Shown: in pieces, positions 41,145 to 50,185 of the stretch | Position numbering within the stretch: position 1 is the first letter of the stretch | Layout of the letters: the number at the start of each line of letters is the position of its first letter | Source: Bacilli bacterium | GTDB taxonomy: Bacteria; Bacillota_I; Bacilli_A; RFN20; CAG-826 | DNA: 64,000 nt | Direction: 5' to 3' | Assembly: GCA_024399115.1 (NCBI GenBank) | Contig: JAKSHZ010000005.1 | Coordinates: 1,853 to 65,852 of the forward strand | Program-made: the position numbers and the translations under genes | The notes under the pieces: model-generated | Told to the model about the DNA's origin: nothing | What the model saw: the letters and a program-made list of their open reading frames with translations, nothing else | Database searches by the model: none

Positions 41145-42416
41145 TTATCTAGTTTTAAATAATCTTTCGATATCTTTAATTTCTTTTGCGATGCAGCTAG
41201 ATAAGTTAACTGCTTTACCATCTTTAAACAAGATGTCGTCTTCAATTCTTACACCAACACCATAGTTAGCGAAGTATAAGCCTGGTTCACATGTGATAAC
41301 ATTACCGTCTTCAAGTGGTCTTTCTCTAACTGATGTGTCATGAGTATCTAAACCTAAATGGTGAGAAACGTTATGGTAGTAATATTTTCTAATATCATCA
41401 TCTTTATCCATAAGTTTTAAACGGATACATTCAGATTTTAAGACTTCAACAGCGTGTGCTTGTAAGTCTGCGATTGTCATGCCTGTACGAGCGTATTCGA
41501 TGACTGACTTATTGCAGTTTAATACTGCTTCATAGATTGATTTTCCTACGCCACTGAAAACACCATTAACTGGGTAAGTTCTTGAAATATCAGCGCTGTA
41601 GCCATTGTCTTTATAACCTAAATCAAATAAGACCATGTCTTTATTTTTGATTCTGCAAGTTTGGCTTGGGTAATGTAAACATGTAGCGTTTTTGCCAGCT
41701 GCAACAATAGTTGAGAAAGCTAATTTTCTTCTACCATGCATTACACCAAAGTGATGGAAAATTTCTGCTAATTCGTATTCATAGATTCCATCATTTAAGT
41801 TTCTAATTGTTTCGTTAATACCTAAGTTAGTTGCTTCGATTGCTTTAACAATACATTCAACTTCATAGTCAGATTTAATCATTCTTAAATCTCTAACTAA
41901 TGGGTATAAATCTATGACTTCTGCTGATGGAAATTTAGCTCTGAAATCTTCAGCGTAGTTTCTTAAAGAATATTCATCACCAATCTTAACTTCTGGAGAT
42001 AAATCTAGGTAACAAGATTCGATTTTGCCATATTCATTTTCTTTTTCATCAAATGCTAAAGAAACCATGCTGTCGAGTTGACTATAGATGTAGACATTAT
42101 TAATGTCACTGATTTCTTTTGCTTCTTCAGGAGTTAATCTCTTACCTGTCCATTTTTCTTTGAGTTCACTATATTCATCAACGAATAAGTATGTCTTAAC
42201 ACCGTTAAAACCTTTAACGATTAATAAAGCTGAGTGCTCTTGTTGAATTCCTGTTAAATAGAAGAAATGATTATTTACTTGGAAATTATAATATTCATCT
42301 TCTGAAGAAATTTTACTGACACCAGAGAAAACAACAGCGATACTGTTTTCTTTCATTTTCTCTGCTAATTTTTGACGTCTAATTGATAATTCACTCATAT
42401 TATTTTCCTCCGACAA
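41145..42416 (-). CDS. pepP: M24B Xaa-Pro aminopeptidase
   Basis: HHLGLDTHD, EPGLYF and GVRIEDD M24 metal-ligand motifs. Confidence 0.85.
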   Translation of the reverse strand: MSEENNMSELSIRRQKLAEKMKENSIAVVFSGVSKISSEDEYYNFQVNNHFFYLTGIQQEHSALLIVKGFNGVKTYLFVDEYSELKEKWTGKRLTPEEAKEISDINNVYIYSQLDSMVSLAFDEKENEYGKIESCYLDLSPEVKIGDEYSLRNYAEDFRAKFPSAEVIDLYPLVRDLRMIKSDYEVECIVKAIEATNLGINETIRNLNDGIYEYELAEIFHHFGVMHGRRKLAFSTIVAAGKNATCLHYPSQTCRIKNKDMVLFDLGYKDNGYSADISRTYPVNGVFSGVGKSIYEAVLNCNKSVIEYARTGMTIADLQAHAVEVLKSECIRLKLMDKDDDIRKYYYHNVSHHLGLDTHDTSVRERPLEDGNVITCEPGLYFANYGVGVRIEDDILFKDGKAVNLSSCIAKEIKDIERLFKTR

Positions 42417-43218
42417 TTTTATCTACAATCGAAACAAATTCTTTTACGTCAATCTGTTCGACTTTACCACTATCTACTAAAGAAGCATTTGCACTAACTA
42501 AAGGCAATCTTCCTAAGATTTCAAATCCGATCTCTTTAGAGAATTCTTCTAAATGTGATTCACCAAAGATTGGAATTTGTTTGCCACAATCTGGACATTC
42601 TAAGTAAGACATATTCTCAACAACACCAGTTACGTGAATATTCATCATATTTGCCATCTTAATAGCCTTTGTAACGATAAGTGAGACTAAGTCTTGAGGA
42701 GAAGTTACGATGACTAAGTCATCAACCGGAATGAGTTGGAAGACTGTTAACGCAACATCACCTGTTCCTGGAGGCATATCGATTACTAAGTAATCTAATT
42801 CTTCCCATAAAACTTCTTCATAGAATTGTTTGACTAAATTACCTAAAAGAGTGCCTCTCCAAACAATTGGATCGCCTTCGTTTTCAAGTAAACAGTTTGA
42901 AGACATAATCTTAATTCCAGTTTTAGAAACCTTTGGAAGAATAAGTCCGTTATCTGCATAAGCATTACCCTTAAGTCCGAAAGCTTTAGGAATACTTGGT
43001 CCAGTAATATCTCCATCTAAGATACCAACTGAATAGCCTCTTCTATTGAGGTTAACAGCGATCATTGAAGTGACGTAAGATTTACCAACACCACCTTTAC
43101 CAGATAAGACCGCGATAACTTTTTTAATCTTTGAACGATCGTTTAATTTTGCTTTTTGGATTTCATTGCAGCCACCTTTTGAGCCGCAATGTTCGCAATC
43201 ATGATTACATCCTGCCAT
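42400..43218 (-). CDS. mrp: Mrp/ApbC-family Fe-S cluster carrier ATPase
   Basis: N-terminal CxxC (GCNHDCEHCGSKGGC) followed by VLSGKGGVGKS. Confidence 0.9.
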   Translation of the reverse strand: MAGCNHDCEHCGSKGGCNEIQKAKLNDRSKIKKVIAVLSGKGGVGKSYVTSMIAVNLNRRGYSVGILDGDITGPSIPKAFGLKGNAYADNGLILPKVSKTGIKIMSSNCLLENEGDPIVWRGTLLGNLVKQFYEEVLWEELDYLVIDMPPGTGDVALTVFQLIPVDDLVIVTSPQDLVSLIVTKAIKMANMMNIHVTGVVENMSYLECPDCGKQIPIFGESHLEEFSKEIGFEILGRLPLVSANASLVDSGKVEQIDVKEFVSIVDKIVGGK

Positions 43219-43219
43219 T

Positions 43220-43603
43220 TTAAGCCTCCAATTCTACTAGTTCTGCTGAGTTTAATACTTCTACTCCAGCGTTTACATAGGTTCTGAGCAATCTTCCTGC
43301 TCCTAACTTAATTCCGCCAAAGTATCTGACAACAAAGAGAACTAAATTATTTAATTCTTTTTTATGTAGTAATTCTAACAACGGTCTACCTGCAGTACCT
43401 TTAGGTTCGCCATCGTCACAAGATTTACTCTTTTGTCCGATTCTGTATGCATAGACAATATGTCTAGCTTTCTTATGTTCCTTCTGAAGACCCTTTAAAA
43501 TTTCTTTAAATTGTTCCTCGGAAGTAAGCGGATAAACTAAGCCGATAAACTTGCTTTTTTCCACTTCAATTTTTGTTTGATAACTGTTATTAACTGTCTT
43601 CAT
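43220..43603 (-). CDS. YigZ/IMPACT-family protein (UPF0029 N-domain)
   Basis: Start re-picked to the ATG at 43603 with GGAGA SD. Confidence 0.7.
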   Translation of the reverse strand: MKTVNNSYQTKIEVEKSKFIGLVYPLTSEEQFKEILKGLQKEHKKARHIVYAYRIGQKSKSCDDGEPKGTAGRPLLELLHKKELNNLVLFVVRYFGGIKLGAGRLLRTYVNAGVEVLNSAELVELEA

Positions 43604-43613
43604 AAAGTCTCCA

Positions 43614-43727
43614 TTAAGCACGAATTTGAAGGTAGTTAGTTAAGTCAGCAATAACGACGGAAGAGAGATAAGGACGATTTCTATTATCGAAAGAATTCAA
43701 ACTTAATACTGAACTTTCTGAAAGCAT
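43614..43727 (-). CDS. small ORF (37 aa, MLSESSVLSLNSFDNRNRPYLSSVVIADLTNYLQIRA) heading the yigZ-mrp-pepP string
   Basis: Below the ORF-track size cutoff. A perfect SD AGGAGGAG lies 6 nt upstream of the ATG, and the stop is 10 nt before the yigZ start. Confidence 0.3.
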   Translation of the reverse strand: MLSESSVLSLNSFDNRNRPYLSSVVIADLTNYLQIRA

Positions 43728-43817
43728 TTGTTCTCCTCCTCGCCGTGACAATAACAAAGTTATTATTACAATTCTTGCTCTTATAGTGTATATTCTTTTA
43801 TATAGGAAATAAAGAAA

Positions 43818-44618
43818 ATGTTACAAATAGAAGATGAATATACTAATAAAGTAGATGATTTCAATGAAATCAATGAAACAATTAATACTATTAGTTCGTT
43901 CAATTTTGAGACATACAAGAAGCCAAAAACAAATAATCCTGATGGCTTGAGTTGGAAAAAAAGATTAGCACTATTTTTACTTGGCTTTTCTTACGCAGGT
44001 CTATTTATTGTAAGTTTAATAGTTGGAATTAGCATTGCTATATTTGTCGAAGATAAAGCTCTTTACAGTATCTTAGTTGAGTCAATCACATACATTATTC
44101 TTTTTGCAATTATGTTCGCTATTTGTTTTACAGAAAGAAAATATTTTGCGAACGAATTAAAAGATCCATCTAAGTACACTAAGGGACTTGTTATTGGTGT
44201 TTGTTTAATTGCAGTCGAGTTTGTCTTAAGTGTGGCAATCGAGATCTTCTACAAGCCAGATGTTAATGCAAATCAAGCTATCGTTGAATCGTTGACAAAG
44301 AATTACCCTACATTAATGTTTATAATTACTTGTTTAATCGGACCTGTTTGCGAAGAATTAACATATAGAGTAGGCCTTTACGGAATGCTTAGAAAAAAGA
44401 ATGAAATAATGGGATTTATTGTTGCGGGTCTAGTATTTGCTGCCGTACATATTTCTTTCACAGACACAACATTATTAGCTGAATTATGTGCCTTCCCAAT
44501 TTATCTTTCTATATCTTATTTATTAACATTAGCGTATAAGAAATATGGACTTGCAGCTAGCCTTACTGCACATATCTTTATTAACTTGATTTCGTTCATA
44601 AGTATCATGTCATTATGA
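43818..44618 (+). CDS. CPBP-family (CAAX / Abi) intramembrane metalloprotease
   Basis: EELTYRVGLYG, FAAVH and HIFINL motifs in a polytopic membrane protein. Confidence 0.75.
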   Translation: MLQIEDEYTNKVDDFNEINETINTISSFNFETYKKPKTNNPDGLSWKKRLALFLLGFSYAGLFIVSLIVGISIAIFVEDKALYSILVESITYIILFAIMFAICFTERKYFANELKDPSKYTKGLVIGVCLIAVEFVLSVAIEIFYKPDVNANQAIVESLTKNYPTLMFIITCLIGPVCEELTYRVGLYGMLRKKNEIMGFIVAGLVFAAVHISFTDTTLLAELCAFPIYLSISYLLTLAYKKYGLAASLTAHIFINLISFISIMSL

Positions 44619-45454
44619 GAAAACTACTAAAATTAGACTCTTTTTGGATTAGAATAATCGCTCTTATTACGATGACAATCGATCACATTGGAGTGTTTTT
44701 AGATTATTCAAAATTTTATCCTTTAAGAATTATTGGAAGAATCGCGCTTCCACTATTTGTTTTCTTAAGTGTGGAAGGTGCTTTAAAAACTTCTAATAAG
44801 AAAAAGTATCTTTTGAGGCTTCTCTCTTTATTTGTTTCTATTGGAGTAATCTTGACAGCGTTCTCATTTATGGGTTCGTTCTTTGAAGAAATCGCTTATA
44901 CTTCAGGAAACATATTTTTTGACCTACTTTTAGTCATATTAACTGTCTTCATATTAGAATCTGATAACAAGAAAATTAAGCCTTTAGTCGCACTTCCAAT
45001 TCTATATTCAATATTCTCATTTGCAGTTATTAAATTAGAAAGCTGCGGTTGTGATGGATTATATACGTGGTTTCCACCTGCACTCAGAATGCAATATGGA
45101 ATCTTTACAATGCTTTTAACTTTAGGATTCTATGCTTCAAATAAGCTAGTTCCTATATTAATAAATAGGTATAGTCCAATTAACGCAGATGACGATGATT
45201 ATAAAAGATTACTTGCAAATTTTTTGTGCGTAATCACAGTTGTAATTTCTGGAATTATTTTAATGTTAACTAACTATGCATTTGGGGATGCATATACAAA
45301 TATGCTTGAAGGTATTCAAACTTATGCGATTATTTCAGCTGTCTTCATCATGCTTTATAATGGCAAAAAAGGATACAATTCTAAATGGTTCAGAGTTGCG
45401 TATTATTTGTATTACCCACTTCACATAGGTATAATTTCATTATTCTTCTTATAG
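44615..45454 (+). CDS. TraX-like family membrane protein
   Basis: RIIALITMTIDHIGVFL N-terminal signature; 279 aa, polytopic. Start overlaps the CPBP stop. Confidence 0.5.
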   Translation: MRKLLKLDSFWIRIIALITMTIDHIGVFLDYSKFYPLRIIGRIALPLFVFLSVEGALKTSNKKKYLLRLLSLFVSIGVILTAFSFMGSFFEEIAYTSGNIFFDLLLVILTVFILESDNKKIKPLVALPILYSIFSFAVIKLESCGCDGLYTWFPPALRMQYGIFTMLLTLGFYASNKLVPILINRYSPINADDDDYKRLLANFLCVITVVISGIILMLTNYAFGDAYTNMLEGIQTYAIISAVFIMLYNGKKGYNSKWFRVAYYLYYPLHIGIISLFFL

Positions 45455-45464
45455 GAGGTATTTC

Positions 45465-45773
45465 ATGATTATTCACGTTAAATCTTATGATGAATTTAAG
45501 AGTTACATTTCTTCATCAACTTGCTTCGTTGACTTCTACACTTCTTGGTGCGGACCTTGCAAAATGTTAACACCTGTTATCGAAGAGTTAGACGAAAACG
45601 GATCATTTGGAGATATTAAAATCCTTAAAATTGATGCTGAAGAATGTCCAGAAATCTCTAGAGAGTACAAGATCCAAGCTGTTCCAACATTGATGTTATT
45701 CAAAGGTGGAGAAGTTATTAAAACTGCTATGGGTTATATGAATGACAGCGAATTATTAGAATTCATTAAATAA
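45465..45773 (+). CDS. trxA: thioredoxin
   Basis: WCGPC active site; 102 aa. Confidence 0.9.
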   Translation: MIIHVKSYDEFKSYISSSTCFVDFYTSWCGPCKMLTPVIEELDENGSFGDIKILKIDAEECPEISREYKIQAVPTLMLFKGGEVIKTAMGYMNDSELLEFIK

Positions 45774-45787
45774 TCACTTACAACACA

Positions 45788-45818
45788 AAGAAAGGCTTTT
45801 TAAAGCCTTTTTCTTTTA
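45788..45818 (+). terminator. rho-independent terminator after trxA
   Basis: AAAGGCTT-ttta-AAGCCTTT followed by TTCTTTT. Confidence 0.6.
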
Positions 45819-45869
45819 ATAATTTAGTAAATATATTAATATAAGGTTAATTACTTGGAGGTAAATATT

Positions 45870-47126
45870 ATGCCAAAATACAAAAGTTTTGATTTACTTA
45901 AAAAATTATATTTTGTTCGTACAAGCGCAACAGAAGAAGAATTAAAAGCCGCTAACATCATCAGAGATGAAGTTGAATCATTAGGTGTTAAAGCTTGGTT
46001 AGAAGAATTTGATGTTAACCATCCATATATTAAAAACGCTTGTGTTAAATTCCACAATCCAGATTTCGCTCCCGAATGTGTTGGAGTTGGTATGTCAGGA
46101 AGCACACCAGAAGAAGGATTGACAGGTGAATTAGTTTATATTGAAAACGAAGAAACTGCTAATGTAACAGACGTAAAAGATAAAATAGTCCTCGTACATA
46201 GCAAGATTATTCCACAAAAGTTATACAAAATGCTCGTTGAAAAAGAAGCTAAAGGTATTATCGAATGCTGTGGCGATGTCTATAGACCAACTAGTGATGT
46301 GGACCTTGATCCATACGCATATAGAGAAAGAAACTATAAGTTTGGTAAGATTCCAGCTGTTTGCATTAGATTCAAAGACGCTGAAAAGATTTTAAACGCT
46401 GCTCCTAAGTCAGCTACTATCGTCAACATTGAAGAAGAAGCTGTTGCTAAATCTCATAACGTTGTCGCTGAAATCAAAGGTACAGAGTTACCTGATGAAG
46501 TTATTGCGTTTACAGCTCACTACGACTCAGTCCCATTTTCAAAAGGTATCTATGATAACGCAACAGGTAGCACTACTATCATGCAAATGTTAGCTTACTA
46601 TGTTAAGAACCCACCAAAGAGAACATTAAGATTCATTTGGTGTGGCAGTGAAGAAATCGGATTAGAAGGTTCAAAAGCCTATGTAGCAGCACATAAAGAA
46701 GAAGTTGAAAAGAATTATAAGCTCAATATCAACGTAGATATGACAGGTGTTACAATTGGTTTCGATCTTGCTTGTGTCACTGGTCCTCAATCATTAGTTG
46801 ATAATATTTCTTACTACGGAAAAGAGATTGGATTTGCTATTAAAACTAGACAAGGTGTTTATTCGAGTGACTCTTCTCCATTTGCTGATGTAGGTATTCC
46901 AGCAATCTCATTTGCTAGACTTGCTCCTACTGGCGGTGCCCAAATTCACTCACATAGAGATGTCATTGAACGCTTAAATGCAACTCCATACTATAAAACA
47001 TGTGACTTCATTGCTTCAATCTCATCTAAATGGATTAATTCAGTATGTTTCCCTGTTCCAAAGGAAATGCCTGATAATATGAAAACAGAATTAGATTACT
47101 ATTTCTTTAGAAAAGAAAGACCTTAA
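45870..47126 (+). CDS. M28-family peptidase with PA domain (aminopeptidase-like)
   Basis: AHYDSV, DNATG and GSEE M28 Zn-ligand motifs. Start re-picked to the ATG at 45870 with GGAGG upstream. The track start is a TTG. Confidence 0.7.
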   Translation: MPKYKSFDLLKKLYFVRTSATEEELKAANIIRDEVESLGVKAWLEEFDVNHPYIKNACVKFHNPDFAPECVGVGMSGSTPEEGLTGELVYIENEETANVTDVKDKIVLVHSKIIPQKLYKMLVEKEAKGIIECCGDVYRPTSDVDLDPYAYRERNYKFGKIPAVCIRFKDAEKILNAAPKSATIVNIEEEAVAKSHNVVAEIKGTELPDEVIAFTAHYDSVPFSKGIYDNATGSTTIMQMLAYYVKNPPKRTLRFIWCGSEEIGLEGSKAYVAAHKEEVEKNYKLNINVDMTGVTIGFDLACVTGPQSLVDNISYYGKEIGFAIKTRQGVYSSDSSPFADVGIPAISFARLAPTGGAQIHSHRDVIERLNATPYYKTCDFIASISSKWINSVCFPVPKEMPDNMKTELDYYFFRKERP

Positions 47127-47156
47127 TTTTCAATTTTAAGATTTTGTAAAAAGCAA

Positions 47157-47184
47157 TTGAATACGGCGTTATTTGTGTTATAAT
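47157..47184 (+). promoter_or_regulatory. promoter for tRNA-Gly (TTGAAT-N16-TGtTATAAT extended -10)
   Basis: Read directly from sequence, about 15 nt upstream of the tRNA 5' end. Confidence 0.5.
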
Positions 47185-47199
47185 CAATAACGCTTAAAT

Positions 47200-47273
47200 G
47201 CAGGTGTAGTTCAGTGGTAGAACACCAGCCTTCCAAGCTGGTTATGCGGGTCCGATTCCCGTCACCTGCTCCA
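47200..47273 (+). tRNA. tRNA-Gly (anticodon UCC)
   Basis: Cloverleaf is GCAGGTG / GTTC-AGTGGTA-GAAC / CCAGC-CTTCCAA-GCTGG / T-arm / CACCTGC-T-CCA, with CCA encoded. Confidence 0.9.
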
Positions 47274-47284
47274 ATTGAGCAGAT

Positions 47285-47308
47285 GCCGAGGAAATCGGCT
47301 TTTTCTTT
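47285..47308 (+). terminator. weak terminator after tRNA-Gly
   Basis: GCCGA-ggaaa-TCGGC followed by TTTTTCTTT. Confidence 0.4.
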
Positions 47309-47330
47309 AGAAAAGGAGACCCGCGTTGTG

Positions 47331-47951
47331 ATGAAACAATATAAATTATATATTTTTGATTTAGACTTAACTGCAGTCGACTCAGTAGAATCGTCAAAGA
47401 TCTGTTATAAAGCTGCATTTGAAGCGTTAGGATTATCATTTGATGAATCTCAGACTAATAGATATTTAAATATCAACCTTCAACAACTTTATTACGAAAT
47501 TGAAGCTCAAGCACCAAATTCTGGTATGAAATTCTTTAATGCTTTTGTACAAAAGAGTGCTACTGCATTTGCTGAATTCGGTAAGTTCTATCCTGAAGTT
47601 GATGAAGTTTTCTCTACTATTACTGCTAACGGTGGCAAAGTTGGTATTTTCACAAATAGAAGCAAAATGGAAATTCAATCAATCTTAGATGCAAACCCAA
47701 ACATTAATAAAAACGTAGCTATCTTCGTTGGTTCTGATATGGTTAAGAATATGAAACCAGCACCAGATGGAATTGATATGTGTGCAGAACAATTAGGAGT
47801 TGCAAAAGAAGACATTCTTTATGTAGGTGATTCTCCATGCGACTATGAAGCTGCAACTGCTGCAAAAGTTGATTTCTACTATGTAGATAGATTTAACAAT
47901 AAAGCTATTCCAGTAGAAGGACACCCTACATTAGAAGACATGGTTAAATAA
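47331..47951 (+). CDS. HAD-superfamily hydrolase (phosphatase, Gph/PpaX-like)
   Basis: IFDLDLTAVDS motif I, and GDSPCDYEAA near the C-terminus. Start set to the ATG at 47331 with AAGGAG upstream. The ORF-track N-terminal extension runs through the tRNA gene and is rejected. Confidence 0.7.
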   Translation: MKQYKLYIFDLDLTAVDSVESSKICYKAAFEALGLSFDESQTNRYLNINLQQLYYEIEAQAPNSGMKFFNAFVQKSATAFAEFGKFYPEVDEVFSTITANGGKVGIFTNRSKMEIQSILDANPNINKNVAIFVGSDMVKNMKPAPDGIDMCAEQLGVAKEDILYVGDSPCDYEAATAAKVDFYYVDRFNNKAIPVEGHPTLEDMVK

Positions 47952-47952
47952 T

Positions 47953-48552
47953 ATGGCATACGAAATTGTATTAGCTACAAATAACAAACATAAATTAACA
48001 GAAGTTAGAGAAATCCTTTCTCCTTATGGCATTACTGTTTACGGTCTAAACGATTTAAATCTTCATCCAGAAGATGTTGAAGAGAATGGTAAAGATTATT
48101 ACGAAAACGCATTAATCAAAGCTCAGAGTGTCCAAGAGTTAACTAATCTTCCTGTTATAGCTGATGATTCAGGTATTGAAGTTATTGCTTTAGGAAATAT
48201 TCCCGGATTACGTAGTGCAAGATACGCTGATGAATGTGGCGGCTATGATAACGCTATGGCAACTATCATCAAGAATTTAGAAGGCAAAGATAGATCTGCA
48301 AGATTCATGTGTGATATTGTCGCTGTAAATATTGATGAAAAACCTCTCTTATTTGAAGGAATTGCAGAAGGAGAAATCATTGACCATCAAGACGGAACAC
48401 GTGGATTTGGATATGATCCTATCTTTAAATCTAAAGCTACTGGCGTTACATTTGCTGCTATGAGTGTTGAAGATAAAAACATTTATTCTCATAGGGCATT
48501 GGCATTAGCAAAACTAGTCTCTTACTTAAAAGAAACTGGTAGAATTGATTAG
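47953..48552 (+). CDS. rdgB: non-canonical purine NTP pyrophosphatase (RdgB/HAM1)
   Basis: VLATNNKHKLTEV and FGYDPIF motifs. Confidence 0.9.
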   Translation: MAYEIVLATNNKHKLTEVREILSPYGITVYGLNDLNLHPEDVEENGKDYYENALIKAQSVQELTNLPVIADDSGIEVIALGNIPGLRSARYADECGGYDNAMATIIKNLEGKDRSARFMCDIVAVNIDEKPLLFEGIAEGEIIDHQDGTRGFGYDPIFKSKATGVTFAAMSVEDKNIYSHRALALAKLVSYLKETGRID

Positions 48553-48567
48553 TAATTATTTAGAAGA

Positions 48568-48600
48568 AAAAAGCAGACACTTTGTGTCTGCTTTAATTTT
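48568..48600. terminator. bidirectional rho-independent terminator
   Basis: AGCAGACAC-ttt-GTGTCTGCT flanked by A- and T-runs. Confidence 0.6.
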
Positions 48601-48614
48601 GCCAAAAGCAAAAT

Positions 48615-49862
48615 TTATTCCTCGACTTCTTTATTAATTCTCTCAGTAACTTCTTTCGCTTTTCTATAGATATCGATTAGTCTCTCATTAAGGATGATTC
48701 CACCTTCTTTATAAAGAACCTTTCCATCGATCATAGTCATCTTAACGCACTTTTTATTACCATCTTCTACGATTGCTTTGTAGATATCTTTATCGCCTAC
48801 AATTTCCTTATCTAACATAATAATATCAGCGAGTTTTCCTTCGACTAAAGTGTCACAATCAGGAATCATCATAGCTCTAGCACCATTAGCTGTAGCCATT
48901 TTAAGGATTTCTTTGCATGGTATATTTGGTTGGTTTTTATGAATTAATCTCATTTCCGCAAACATGTCTAAATCGTAGTTGCTTGCAGGTCCATCAGTGC
49001 CAATTGCGAGATTAAAACCTAAGCCTATATATTTTTCTACAGGACAAATTCCACTCTCCAAATATTGGTTGCTTCCTGGATTAGTTACCATATATACCGA
49101 TTTATTCTTGTAAATTTCAATATCTTCGTCTGAGAAATATATGCAATGATAACCAGAACCGCCATATTTATAGAATCCTAAGCTATCAAAGTATTGAACA
49201 GGTGACATACCATGTCTTTCAAAGCACTCATTGACTTCATTTTTAGTTTCACTAATATGAACAAAGAAAGGTGCTTTAAGTTCTTCTAACACCTCACCAA
49301 TAACTTTTTCATCTTCAGGACAGCTTGTATATTCTGCGTGTAAACCAATTTGATATTTAACAAGTGAATCCTCATCTGAATTATAAAAATGATAAAGTCT
49401 GATTAAGTCTTCTTTACTAGTGTAGTTATTGAATGTGGCATGCAAAACAACTCTAAATCCAATGTCTTTTGCTGCTCTTCCGATTTCAACAGGATAGAAA
49501 TATTGATCAAGAGAAGCAGTGATGCCTGCTTGAATGTATTCAACAAATCCGACTTTTGAACAATAATAAACATCACTTGGGATTAATTTAGCTTCTCTAG
49601 GGAAACAATAATTAAATAACCAGTCTTGTAATTTTAATCCCTTTCCACCACCTCTTAAGAAAGTCATCGCGGTATGTGCATGGGCATTTTTAAATCCAGG
49701 CAAAATAATATTGCCTTTACAATCAATAAATTTATCAAAATCTTCACATTCGATTTCTTCTGCAATTTGTTTAATTCTATTGTTTTCAATTAAGATGTCT
49801 CCTGTCATTATTGGAGAGTCATCCATTTTGATAATTTGAGCATTTTTGAGTAATGTTTTCAT
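48615..49862 (-). CDS. amidohydrolase-superfamily deaminase (MtaD / chlorohydrolase-like)
   Basis: LPGFKNAHAHTAMTFLRG metal-binding His motif; 415 aa. Confidence 0.6.
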   Translation of the reverse strand: MKTLLKNAQIIKMDDSPIMTGDILIENNRIKQIAEEIECEDFDKFIDCKGNIILPGFKNAHAHTAMTFLRGGGKGLKLQDWLFNYCFPREAKLIPSDVYYCSKVGFVEYIQAGITASLDQYFYPVEIGRAAKDIGFRVVLHATFNNYTSKEDLIRLYHFYNSDEDSLVKYQIGLHAEYTSCPEDEKVIGEVLEELKAPFFVHISETKNEVNECFERHGMSPVQYFDSLGFYKYGGSGYHCIYFSDEDIEIYKNKSVYMVTNPGSNQYLESGICPVEKYIGLGFNLAIGTDGPASNYDLDMFAEMRLIHKNQPNIPCKEILKMATANGARAMMIPDCDTLVEGKLADIIMLDKEIVGDKDIYKAIVEDGNKKCVKMTMIDGKVLYKEGGIILNERLIDIYRKAKEVTERINKEVEE

Positions 49863-49954
49863 GGATATTATTTTAGAAGCAATTATGCTTATTTACAAAT
49901 TAAATATATATTGTTATATTTATTAAAGTTAAGGCTACGAAGGAAACAAGTAGA

Positions 49955-50170
49955 TTAATTGATTCTATCTAGAGAGCGTCCGGTTGGTGAAAGGACAACA
50001 GATAAATTAATTGAATACATTCTGGAGCTGCTACCTGAAACTAAGTAGGGATAGACGGGTTTGCCCGATATAGCTAGTTGTCAATAGACACATTAAGGAA
50101 TTTCTTGTGAGAGAAGTTCAAATTGAGGTGGTACCACGTTAATTCGTCCTCTATTAGAGGATTTTTTTAT
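49955..50170 (+). promoter_or_regulatory. T-box riboswitch leader (Tyr specifier UAC) controlling tyrS
   Basis: Stem I base AGAGAG...GTGAAAGG. UAC present at 50016-18 and 50032-34. Conserved T-box AATTGAGGTGGTACCACG at 50121-50138. Terminator TCCTCT-att-AGAGGA plus T7 at 50147-50168, immediately upstream of the tyrS SD. Confidence 0.8.
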
Positions 50171-50185
50171 ATCTTGGAGGTAATT

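Noticed and set aside
47214-47330. N-terminal extension of the HAD hydrolase ORF (MVEHQPSKLVMRVRFPSPAPIEQ...) running through tRNA-Gly
   Set aside because: The extension is the translation of the tRNA-Gly gene and its terminator. The real start is the ATG at 47331 with an AAGGAG SD.
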